From positions 128-64,127 of the forward strand of contig CAZTXY010000001.1 in NCBI GenBank assembly GCA_964617815.1: DNA of 64,000 nt, read 5' to 3'. Shown here in pieces: positions 56,200-64,000 of the stretch. Position numbers and translations under genes: made by a program. A model generated the notes under the pieces. The model was not told where the DNA came from and ran no database searches. It saw only the letters and a program-made list of their open reading frames with translations. The DNA is from an uncultured Candidatus Saccharibacteria bacterium (GTDB taxonomy: Bacteria > Patescibacteriota > Doudnabacteria > UBA920). How positions within the stretch are numbered: the first letter of the stretch is position 1; every line of letters starts with the position of its first letter.

Positions 56200-56565
56200 T
56201 TAGTTAACTTGAAACAAAAATATTACTGAAAGAAAAATAATTAGCGAAACTAACAAACTAATCCAAGCTGCCATATACGATAAAAAGTTTCGATCTATCT
56301 TTAAGGCTCGAGTGATTCCAAAATTCAAAGTAGCAATAAAAAAACTAATTAGTGGGAGTTTATATAACTCGCGGTAGGAGCCAAAAGTGTCTACTCCAAA
56401 GACAACGTTATAGTGAAGAGCTAAGTTATTTTGAGCAGGGCTAATTTTGAAGTAGATTAACAATAATGTTATAATAGAAACAATAATCGAAGCGACCCAC
56501 AGAAACAAAATCTTGTTTGTAGCCCAAGCGGAAAATAGCTTAATTCGAATAGACATAACATTCAT
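56200..56565 (-). CDS. small membrane protein (hypothetical)
   Basis: 121 aa, 3 TM helices; immediately upstream of the processive GT2. Confidence 0.3.
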   Translation of the reverse strand: MNVMSIRIKLFSAWATNKILFLWVASIIVSIITLLLIYFKISPAQNNLALHYNVVFGVDTFGSYRELYKLPLISFFIATLNFGITRALKIDRNFLSYMAAWISLLVSLIIFLSVIFLFQVN

Positions 56566-56646
56566 ATTGCCTCCTTATTATAACAAATTACCATTAAACA
56601 CGATAGGTGCTCCAAATTAGAATCTTTAACCAAAACCAAATAGCCA

Positions 56647-58332
56647 ATGAATAAAAAAACAGCTTTTTTACTTGCCGGAATAATTATTTTAGCCATATTC
56701 TTTAGATTCTATCAAATTGCTGTTCTACCTGGCGGGCTTTTTCCGGATGAAGCGGCCAACGGCTTAGATATCAACTCAATGCAACAGGGTGATCTCCAGC
56801 CTTTTTATGAACGTGGCAACGGAAGAGAAGCCTTATTTTTTTACATGCTCTGGGGTAGCGTAGAAAGTTTTGGCAAAGGACCATGGCAACATCATGTTGT
56901 ATCAAGCTTTGTAGGACTACTTTCTGTTATTCTTTGTTTCTTTGTAACTAGAAAATTACTTGGTCTCGCTACTGGTTTTACTGAAAAACATGCAACAATG
57001 GCCGCTTTATTAGCGTCTTTTTTTATGGCCACGTCAACTTGGCATACAACTCTCTCACGTACAGCTTTTCGAGCCAATCTTATTCCTCTTTTTACTACCG
57101 CTACTATCTATTTACTACTTCTTGCGTATAAATCAAGTACAAAAGTTAAACAATATATCTTTTCAATTCTAGCTGGGGCGTGCTTTGCCCTTGGCTTTTA
57201 TAGTTATATCGCCTACCGAATTATGGCGCCACTTCTAATTTTGATTATTTTATGGCCACTGCTTGCCGAAATTTTCAAAACTAAATCCTTTTTAATTATA
57301 AAAAAATGGTTTTTAGCTTTCGTGCTATTTTGTATTGCTTTTGCAATAGCCATTGCTCCACTAGCCCATTATTTTTACACTCATCCTGGCTCTTTTGTCG
57401 GACGTAGTGGTCAAGTTAGCGTCTTTAATCCAGAATTAAACAATGGAAATCTCATCGGTACAATTGGTGAAGTCACCAAGCAAAGCCTGTTAGGATTTGT
57501 AACTGTGGGTGACTTAAACTGGCGTCATAATATTTCAGGAATGCCTTTTTTAAGCCCACTTTACTCCGTATTTTTTGTGCTTGGTTTAGTTAGCATGACT
57601 CTTTTAGCAGCACGCTATACCTTTGCTCCACGTAAACGCTCTGGGGACTGGCCGTATTTTGTACTTGCTGGATGGTTTTGGTCCATGCTTATTCCTGTTA
57701 TTACAACTGCCGAAGGTATCCCGCATGGCCTACGAAGCATTGGCGCAATCCCTGTCGTATTTATAATGTCAAGCTGGGGCTTAGTCCAAATCTATAAATT
57801 TGCAGCCAAATTAATTGAATTTCGCCACACAATGCAAAAAGACTGGCAATTAAACTTAGTAAAAAATGCGGCTAAAGTTATGGTTGTAGTTTTTATAATT
57901 GCGGTGACTTTGCATGGATACACTAGCTATTTTGTTTATGCAGCAAACAGCCCTGAAAATTACTACGCTTTTCGCTCAGACCTCACTGTTGTCAGTAACT
58001 ATATCAATAATAAGTTTGATAACAGTAACGCAAACGGCAAAAAAGACAACACCTTTTTAGTACTTGATAAATTTTCAGTCCAAACTGTTGACTACCTTAC
58101 AAGCTTAGATGGTAAGCATCCACAAAACCCCATTAATCAACCTTACACTCAAGTTGATCCTGAAGATTCTTGGAAACTTTCAGGACTTAAAGGCGGCGAC
58201 CAAATTATTTTCTGCCAATCTAGCATATTCGATATTCCTAAATTTAAAAATTTTCATCCTAACGCAAAATTAGAACGAGAAGCTCGTAATAAATTTGGCC
58301 AAACAGTAATGGCTATATATAGAATCTACTAA
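56647..58332 (+). CDS. GT-C glycosyltransferase (ArnT/PMT-like, GT39/GT83 family)
   Basis: N-terminal TM plus FPDEAANGLD-type DE loop motif; 561 aa polytopic. Confidence 0.6.
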   Translation: MNKKTAFLLAGIIILAIFFRFYQIAVLPGGLFPDEAANGLDINSMQQGDLQPFYERGNGREALFFYMLWGSVESFGKGPWQHHVVSSFVGLLSVILCFFVTRKLLGLATGFTEKHATMAALLASFFMATSTWHTTLSRTAFRANLIPLFTTATIYLLLLAYKSSTKVKQYIFSILAGACFALGFYSYIAYRIMAPLLILIILWPLLAEIFKTKSFLIIKKWFLAFVLFCIAFAIAIAPLAHYFYTHPGSFVGRSGQVSVFNPELNNGNLIGTIGEVTKQSLLGFVTVGDLNWRHNISGMPFLSPLYSVFFVLGLVSMTLLAARYTFAPRKRSGDWPYFVLAGWFWSMLIPVITTAEGIPHGLRSIGAIPVVFIMSSWGLVQIYKFAAKLIEFRHTMQKDWQLNLVKNAAKVMVVVFIIAVTLHGYTSYFVYAANSPENYYAFRSDLTVVSNYINNKFDNSNANGKKDNTFLVLDKFSVQTVDYLTSLDGKHPQNPINQPYTQVDPEDSWKLSGLKGGDQIIFCQSSIFDIPKFKNFHPNAKLEREARNKFGQTVMAIYRIY

Positions 58333-58349
58333 GCACTCAAACATAAACA

Positions 58350-59933
58350 ATGAATAAAATAAAACACTACCTACCACTAATCGCTATTTTAATAATCGGC
58401 ACGATCTTACGTTTTTATCACAATACAGATATTTCTCTTTGGCACGACGAAGCTTTTTCCGCTTTGCTAATAAAATATTCTTGGGGTGAAATGTTTTATC
58501 GAATTGGCTTAGACGTTCATCCACCAGCATACTACATCCTCTTGCGTCTCTGGCATTATATTTTTAGTGACTCGCTTTTGGCGCTACGAAGCTTTTCCAT
58601 ATTTTTTGGCCTTGGTACGGTTTTGGCTGGATATGCTTTTGTTAAAACTGCTTTTAAAAATGAACGCACAGCGCTAATAGCAGCAATGCTTTTGGCCATC
58701 AACCCATTCGGGCTACATTATGTGACAGAAGCGCGCATGTACACCATGGGAGCCTGTTTTGCCCTCTTAGCAGCTTTTGCCATAACCAAGGCCCTGCATG
58801 CACAAAAAGACTATTTTCAAAGTCTGAAAAACAATATTCCCCACTCCCCAGAAAGCAGAAAACTTAAAAAAACAGCTGTCCTTTACTACAGCCTGTTTAC
58901 TCTTTTTTGCTCTTTAATAATGTACACCCATTACTATTTATTTTTTACAGTTGCGGCACTATGTCTTTACGGACTTGCGTACCATCTCTATCACTACAAA
59001 GATAACATTAAACGATATGCACTACTTGTTTCAAGTTACGTGTTGCTTGCTGTTCTGTTCTTGCCATGGTTAAAAACATTTCTCTTCCAATTCAAACAAG
59101 TCAGTGGCAATTATTGGATTCCACCTATGGATCGATGGAGCATTCCTTCAGCTATTTGGGAAATGTTTTTAGGTATTGGAATTGATATAGCAAAGTCCAG
59201 CACTCAAGCTATATTAGTAGCCGCAACAGCATTTACTATATTTTTTCTTTACCGCTTTATTAAAAAAACAACTAGCTGGGAAAAATGGTTAGTGCTTCTA
59301 AATGTTCTTGCTCCTTTTGCAGGCGCATTATTATTCCTAATTTTAGCAAAACTTCGAGGACAAGACTCGTCTGTATTCTTAGTTCGCTATTTTCTTTTTG
59401 CTTCCAGCTTCTATACTATTGCTCTTACAATTTGGCTAACTACCATTAAAAATATTAAGCTTCAAACAATTTTAATTTCGATTCTTCTTTTTGCAAATTT
59501 AGGAGCCTTTTTCCACTACTGGAACGAGCTTGATATCAAAACCAAACCAGGGATGGCTGCCGCTAGTAAATTTTTACAAGCTAACGTTGAGCCAACTCAT
59601 AAAATATATATTGGGAGCAGTTTTGAATTTTTTAACTTCAAATATTATAATCAAACTTCAGTAAGGCCACTTCTTTACAGTGGAGGCAACCGTGAAGTAC
59701 AAAATTTGCCACACTACGCTGGCACAGCAATTTTAACTAACCAAGACCTTTTGCCAAATTTTAGCGAGGGTGTAAAATCTGGCGATACAGTTTGGCTACT
59801 TTGGACAAATGGTTTTGGTGGAAGTAAACCTGACGTCCCTCTTAACTGGAAACAGATTGATGAAAAAGGCTACGCAGAAGTTCGGCCATACGTTGGCACA
59901 TGGGTTATTGTTACTGAGTATAAAGTCAATTAA
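58350..59933 (+). CDS. GT-C glycosyltransferase (ArnT/PMT-like), paralogue of the upstream gene
   Basis: LWHDEAFSAL DE-loop motif; 527 aa polytopic. Confidence 0.6.
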   Translation: MNKIKHYLPLIAILIIGTILRFYHNTDISLWHDEAFSALLIKYSWGEMFYRIGLDVHPPAYYILLRLWHYIFSDSLLALRSFSIFFGLGTVLAGYAFVKTAFKNERTALIAAMLLAINPFGLHYVTEARMYTMGACFALLAAFAITKALHAQKDYFQSLKNNIPHSPESRKLKKTAVLYYSLFTLFCSLIMYTHYYLFFTVAALCLYGLAYHLYHYKDNIKRYALLVSSYVLLAVLFLPWLKTFLFQFKQVSGNYWIPPMDRWSIPSAIWEMFLGIGIDIAKSSTQAILVAATAFTIFFLYRFIKKTTSWEKWLVLLNVLAPFAGALLFLILAKLRGQDSSVFLVRYFLFASSFYTIALTIWLTTIKNIKLQTILISILLFANLGAFFHYWNELDIKTKPGMAAASKFLQANVEPTHKIYIGSSFEFFNFKYYNQTSVRPLLYSGGNREVQNLPHYAGTAILTNQDLLPNFSEGVKSGDTVWLLWTNGFGGSKPDVPLNWKQIDEKGYAEVRPYVGTWVIVTEYKVN

Positions 59934-59953
59934 ACAAAGTTAAAAAAACTTTC

Positions 59954-59977
59954 CCCGCACGACACGCGTCGTGCGGG
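59954..59977. terminator. bidirectional terminator
   Basis: Perfect 10-bp GC stem CCCGCACGAC-ACGC-GTCGTGCGGG with A-run before. Confidence 0.55.
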
Positions 59978-59992
59978 AGTCTTTGAATCACT

Positions 59993-60421
59993 CTAGGTGA
60001 AAACAATCTCTTCGCGCCACTCGGACAAGCCGGCTTCAAAAATACTTGCCCGCTTCTCGATCTGCCAAAGAGGCACGCCATGAATATTGCGGCTTGCGGC
60101 CTCAAGTGGGTTACAAACCAAGCGAATGACTCGGCAGTGAGCCTGGCGAGATTTTGCTGCCTCCCAGTAACGCTCAGCCTCCCAGAGCATGACGTTGGTG
60201 TTGTCAACCACGATCAGCGGGGCACCTGCGTAAAGGATCTCCAAGAACTTGTCCCAGCAAGTCCCATGTGCATCGGGCAAGAGGCTCGAGCAGAACCTGA
60301 ACTCTCTGTTTTCATCATAGAAGTATTCGTCAGCAGAGCAAACGATTGCTTCCGGAAAATTCTGGGCCACATAGTGTGACTTCCCAGAACCTGAGATCCC
60401 GCGCATAATAACGATGGTCTG
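59993..60421 (-). CDS. P-loop kinase of the AAA_33 type (predicted nucleotide/polynucleotide kinase)
   Basis: Walker A GISGSGKS, LIVVDNTN Walker-B-like motif; about 52% GC; start moved to MQTIV, which has AGGAGG 7 nt upstream. Confidence 0.55.
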   Translation of the reverse strand, partial: QTIVIMRGISGSGKSHYVAQNFPEAIVCSADEYFYDENREFRFCSSLLPDAHGTCWDKFLEILYAGAPLIVVDNTNVMLWEAERYWEAAKSRQAHCRVIRLVCNPLEAASRNIHGVPLWQIEKRASIFEAGLSEWREEIVFT

Positions 60422-60457
60422 CATGACTATTCTCCTCCTCTTTGACATCCGACATCA

Positions 60458-60486
60458 TAGAATAGCAAAAACACAGCCTTGCGTCA
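60458..60486 (-). promoter_or_regulatory. putative promoter (TTGACG-17-TATTCT) for the AAA_33 kinase gene
   Basis: Hexamers read on the minus strand about 30 nt upstream of the start. Confidence 0.4.
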
Positions 60487-60578
60487 ATGTAGTGGACTGT
60501 GTTCATAACCTCATAATTTCAAGATTATCAAAAGTAAAACTCTGTGTCACGATAAGAAAATCTAAATGCAAAAACAAA

Positions 60579-60607
60579 AGAACTACTAACCCTCAATTAG
60601 TAGTTCT
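60579..60607 (-). terminator. terminator after the cmk-like gene
   Basis: Perfect 11-bp stem AGAACTACTAA/TTAGTAGTTCT, 7-nt loop, T-run on the minus strand. Confidence 0.55.
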
Positions 60608-60631
60608 TTAAGATTGCACAGCAGCCTAGGA

Positions 60632-61267
60632 TCAAACATGAGAGCCCATAGCAGCCACCACTTCAGCCACGGTCAACTTAGTAGTGTCTATGGTGATCGC
60701 GCCGTAAGGTTTTCGTGCCGGCGCAAATTCTCTATTTCTATCAACTGAGTCTCTCACTCGAAGTTGATAGCAGACTTCTGCAAAGGAGAGTTTCGGCTGA
60801 CTAGTGCGTAGTTCATTCCACCTCCTACTTGCTCGAGTGAAAAAATTACAGGCAAGGAAAAACTTGGCGTCTGCTTTGGGAAAAATGTCCAGCCCACAAC
60901 TTCTTCCATCACATATTAAATTTGCGTTTGTAAAACGCAAAGCAAAATCCTGGGCCCATTCTGCAACAGAAGTAAAAACAGCTGGATTACTGACGTAGTC
61001 AGCAGTTAATGCTGCCGCCTTTTCGCCCCTAAGATAGGCGGTTAAATCATTGCCGGACCAAAAAATCTTCTCAAAACCAACAGGTATCTCTAGGTGCTCT
61101 TTGTAAACAAAGCTGTCCAAAGACACGCAAAGTCGATTTTGCAAAGCGTAAACTGCAAACCGAAACAACAAGCCAAAATCCACGTAGCAAAAATCAAACT
61201 TTGCTGCAAAGAGCCTAGACACCGAACCTTTTCCCGAACCGGCCATACCACTTACTGCAACAATCAT
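60632..61267 (-). CDS. cmk: cytidylate kinase family protein (divergent NMP-binding site)
   Basis: AVSGMAGSGKGSVSRLFA P-loop, ICDGRSCGLDIFPKADAKFFL and C-terminal RDSVDRNREFAP align with the Cmk layout, but DFGLLFR replaces DSGAxYR; AGGAGG RBS. Confidence 0.65.
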   Translation of the reverse strand: MIVAVSGMAGSGKGSVSRLFAAKFDFCYVDFGLLFRFAVYALQNRLCVSLDSFVYKEHLEIPVGFEKIFWSGNDLTAYLRGEKAAALTADYVSNPAVFTSVAEWAQDFALRFTNANLICDGRSCGLDIFPKADAKFFLACNFFTRASRRWNELRTSQPKLSFAEVCYQLRVRDSVDRNREFAPARKPYGAITIDTTKLTVAEVVAAMGSHV

Positions 61268-61281
61268 GAAAACCTCCTGTG

Positions 61282-61626
61282 CTAGGTTTTGCTAGGACTT
61301 CGTTTCTTAGCAAAAGTCCCAGGGATTAAACGAAATGCCAAGCGGCCTTCCCAATGAAGCATAGGTATGCCAATTATAGTGCCGCACTTTTTGCACTCAA
61401 GCACACTAAAACTATGGGTCTCCTTTATTTCAGGATTATTTTGGAGACCAGCTAAATCTGGAGGGTCCAAAATTCGATTAAGGTAACAGCGCTTCAGTTC
61501 CCCATGTCCATCTTTTTGGTAAACCAAAATTTCAGACTGGCAAATTGCGCAAGAAAGGTAGAGCACCATAGCGCTTCCACCCCGACTTCTCCGAAACTTA
61601 TCGACCTTGAGTTTGTAAGCCATCAT
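61282..61626 (-). CDS. zinc-ribbon protein (hypothetical)
   Basis: CAIC ... CKKCG four-Cys ribbon; 114 aa; AGGAGG RBS lies inside the upstream gene's 3' end and start/stop overlap suggests translational coupling. Confidence 0.4.
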   Translation of the reverse strand: MMAYKLKVDKFRRSRGGSAMVLYLSCAICQSEILVYQKDGHGELKRCYLNRILDPPDLAGLQNNPEIKETHSFSVLECKKCGTIIGIPMLHWEGRLAFRLIPGTFAKKRSPSKT

Positions 61627-62501
61627 TATCCCTCCTTAAATTTTGTCGAAAAATTTTTTGACCAAAATTCTTTCTTTGCTCTTACATTCCTAATCAGTTG
61701 ATGATCTTTTGATTTGTAACCGTTTACAGACGACTTATTTGCTATTTCAAAACCCAATTTTGCAAATGCTTCTATTTTATATGGATTATCTGTATGAATA
61801 TTTAAACTATGTTTTGAGCTTAAACCTAGCGCTTTAATAATAATTGCAGCTTCTGTATAAGTCCGTTGATCAATAGATTTAGCATCGCCATAAAATAACT
61901 CCGCGGTTTCAATAGTGTCAAATCCTAACTCCTTCATAATTCGCTGGTTAGCCATTTTATATTCACCCCAGCCTCTACCATCTTGCCCAGGTATTTCCAC
62001 AATAATCCCAGATTTTAATTTAATTATCTCTTCTTGAGTTCTCCGAAGCTGATTTAAACAATCGCATGTTATATCCCCAAGTACCATTCCTGAAAAACAT
62101 CCCGAGTCAATTCTGATATTGACAATAGTATTATTAAAAACTTTTTGTAAGCTTGGATGAAGCAAAATATAATGTTGCCCCCATTGTCCGCCCACTACCT
62201 CAGCTGGAATAGATAAAAATTCACCCCGGTCCGTAATAATCGGGCCGGGGACTCCAAAGCAAACATATTTAGTCACACCTTGATGTTGAACCATGACAAA
62301 CTGATACTGCATTGACTCATGACGAAGTCGTAATATGTAATCAGAAACAGTTTCTGAAGATAGCCGAGCAGGTGATGGGATATAAACTTTATTTATAGCC
62401 GACCCTAAAATAGCTCTTTGCAGATGTTCATGCAAGTAGAGATTTTTTTTGGCTCTTAATTTGGAAAGCTGAGTATTCATACAAATTGAATTTATACTCA
62501 T
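61626..62501 (-). CDS. GTP cyclohydrolase II (RibA)-like protein with an N-terminal extension of about 90 aa
   Basis: Zinc-binding RIDSGCFSGMVLGDITCDCL and EIPGQDGRGWG...TIETAEL...TDNPYKIE align with RibA catalytic motifs. Confidence 0.6.
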   Translation of the reverse strand: MSINSICMNTQLSKLRAKKNLYLHEHLQRAILGSAINKVYIPSPARLSSETVSDYILRLRHESMQYQFVMVQHQGVTKYVCFGVPGPIITDRGEFLSIPAEVVGGQWGQHYILLHPSLQKVFNNTIVNIRIDSGCFSGMVLGDITCDCLNQLRRTQEEIIKLKSGIIVEIPGQDGRGWGEYKMANQRIMKELGFDTIETAELFYGDAKSIDQRTYTEAAIIIKALGLSSKHSLNIHTDNPYKIEAFAKLGFEIANKSSVNGYKSKDHQLIRNVRAKKEFWSKNFSTKFKEG

Positions 62502-62564
62502 ATCCTAAATAGTATTAGTATCTGTTGTCAAATATTAACAACAAAATTTGGAGAAATACATTTG

Positions 62565-62594
62565 TTGACAATAAATAATAACAAGCGCTATAAT
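62565..62594 (+). promoter_or_regulatory. consensus sigma70 promoter (TTGACA-18-TATAAT) about 120 nt upstream of the TrmB gene
   Basis: Hexamers seen directly; implies a long 5' UTR. Confidence 0.5.
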
Positions 62595-62719
62595 TAAGCT
62601 AACTAGCGTTAATACTGATTGTTTCTAAAGCAGGCCTTAATGTCAACAATTTTTATTAACAATGGTCAAATTTTAGGGCCTTTAATCTCTAAAATCATTA
62701 TTAATTAAGTTTTCCACAT

Positions 62720-63481
62720 ATGATAGACAAAATAACAAAATTTGGCCTTTCGCGCAAAGAAGCAAAAGTGTATTTATCTCTTCTTGAAATAGGTGCTTCT
62801 GTTGTCAGCGATATTGCCAAGAATACAAAAATGAATCGTAGTACTACTTATGTACTACTAGAATCTTTAACAAATCATGGTCTTGTCAGCATCTCTGAAG
62901 AAAATGGAGTTAAAGTTTATGCACCGTCCCCTCCTGAACGACTAGTTCACTACCTTGAAGATCGCGCTAAAGAATATACGCAACTTATTAGCACAGCTAA
63001 TTCAATTTTACCAGAACTAAAAGCTCTTTATGTTGGTGTTGGACCAAAACCTAAAGTGCAATTTTTTGAAGGCGTAGAAGGAATTAAAACAGCTTATGAA
63101 TATACACTAGCTTCCACTGAGACAATTCGAGCCTATGCTTCAATAGAAAATATGCATCAAGCTTTAGGCCATTATTTTCCAGATTACTATCAAAGACGAA
63201 CTGCAAAAGGTATCTCAATTAGAGCCATTTTTCCTGATACACCTGAATCAAGAGAACGCATAAAACATAATAAAGAAGAAGCCCGTGAGGCGTACTTGGT
63301 ACCAAAAGAAAAATTTGCTTTTTCTCAAGAAATAAATATTTTTGATAACAAAATAGTTTTTATGTCTCTTATAGAAAAATTTGCTTTGGTAGTAGAAAGT
63401 GAAGCACTGGCTGACGGACTAAAAAAAACTTTTGAACTAGCTTGGGAAGAAGCCAAGCGGCTACATAAAGAAATAATATAG
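62720..63481 (+). CDS. TrmB-family transcriptional regulator
   Basis: N-terminal wHTH FGLSRKEAKVYLSLLEIGASVVSDIAKNTKMNRSTTYVLLESL plus the C-terminal TrmB-type domain. Confidence 0.65.
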   Translation: MIDKITKFGLSRKEAKVYLSLLEIGASVVSDIAKNTKMNRSTTYVLLESLTNHGLVSISEENGVKVYAPSPPERLVHYLEDRAKEYTQLISTANSILPELKALYVGVGPKPKVQFFEGVEGIKTAYEYTLASTETIRAYASIENMHQALGHYFPDYYQRRTAKGISIRAIFPDTPESRERIKHNKEEAREAYLVPKEKFAFSQEINIFDNKIVFMSLIEKFALVVESEALADGLKKTFELAWEEAKRLHKEII

Positions 63482-63606
63482 ATTAAGTTATAAAAGCACG
63501 GACAAAAAGTTCACCTCTAGGATATTAAGTCCCTGAATAATTTCTATTTTCATAAAACTTTTTAAATTCCATGATTTTCTACCATCTGTGCTTAATCTCA
63601 ATAAAA

Positions 63607-64000
63607 TTATGATATAACTGTTCCTAAAAAATTCTGTCCTTCTAGTAATTTTTTCAAATTAGCTAATTTTTTTCCATTCACAATTATGACTTTTTGTTTA
63701 TGATGTGCCGCTGTACTAGAAGCAATGGGATCAAAAGGAACGTGCTTGCCTGGTGACCATTTCCCACCAATCATTTTTTTATAATCTTTCCAAGACATTT
63801 CTTTAATCGCCTTAGCATTTTTAAACTTACGTGGGTCTTTATTGTAAACGTAATCAATATTACTTAAATTGATAACTGTGCCGGCTCCATAAAGAAAAGC
63901 CATACGCACCGCAACATCGTCACTACTTCTTCCTGGCTTCCAACCTCCGGCAAGTAAAACTTTGCTAGAAAAATTTACTTTTTTACTGGGGTCTTCAACA
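63607..64000 (-). CDS. pyrH: UMP kinase (amino-acid-kinase family), 3' part; N-terminus lies beyond the window edge
   Basis: Frame is open to position 64000; LLAGGWKPGRSSDDVA...GTDGVY-like and C-terminal GTVIS match the PyrH layout. Confidence 0.55.
   Translation of the reverse strand, partial: VEDPSKKVNFSSKVLLAGGWKPGRSSDDVAVRMAFLYGAGTVINLSNIDYVYNKDPRKFKNAKAIKEMSWKDYKKMIGGKWSPGKHVPFDPIASSTAAHHKQKVIIVNGKKLANLKKLLEGQNFLGTVIS

Noticed and set aside
59926-60379. ORFs 59926..60207 - and 60080..60379 + overlapping the AAA_33 kinase gene
   Set aside because: They are alternative frames or antisense in a 52% GC gene. The P-loop frame is the only one with a recognisable motif and an RBS.
1-64000. 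Search for tRNA, rRNA, tmRNA, integrase, transposase or phage structural genes flanking the GC-rich islands
   Set aside because: Scanning intergenic regions and ORF translations found no cloverleaf-like tRNA, no rRNA signature, no DDE or tyrosine-recombinase motif and no capsid, portal or terminase-like protein. The islands therefore cannot be called classical mobile elements from this window alone.

Overview
This 64-kb window comes from a compact, gene-dense, low-GC bacterial genome; GC is roughly 35-40% by eye and was not computed. It carries a minus-strand ribosomal/RNA polymerase cluster in the order infA-rpmJ-rpsM-rpsK-rpsD-rpoA-rplQ-rplM-rpsI. S9 and S11 have lysine/alanine-rich N-terminal extensions and AlaS is a short form. 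Native genes largely lack Shine-Dalgarno motifs. Other content includes a type IV pilus locus, a two-component pair, a CHASE2 adenylate cyclase, and several cell-envelope glycosylation loci (rfbBCDA, GT2, GT4 and GT-C enzymes, a WecA-like transferase, a flippase). The assignment to a CPR/Patescibacteria-like organism is an inference from these traits. The most striking observation is at least five small GC-rich cassettes, about 50-60% GC, inserted between native operons: A at 16.35-17.59 kb, B at 30.8-31.5 kb, C at 32.2-33.0 kb, D at 40.4-41.0 kb and E at 45.7-47.96 kb. Each has a near-consensus sigma70 promoter (four of the five), a strong AGGAGG-type ribosome-binding site and a hairpin terminator. 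Each encodes proteins I cannot assign to known families; cassette C is a tandem pair of paralogous CPGC/His-motif proteins and cassette E a pair of secreted proteins. A partly elevated-GC cluster F at 59.9-62.5 kb encodes a GTP cyclohydrolase II-like protein, a zinc-ribbon protein, a cytidylate-kinase-like protein and an AAA_33-type kinase, with the same strong-RBS style. No tRNA, rRNA, CRISPR array, integrase or transposase was found. One unlisted small gene (rpmJ) was recovered by hand translation. Intergenic spacers contain recurrent tandem heptamer repeats built on AGTACT or CTAG palindromes. All calls rest on manual reading of the sequence and the six-frame ORF track; no database searches were possible.
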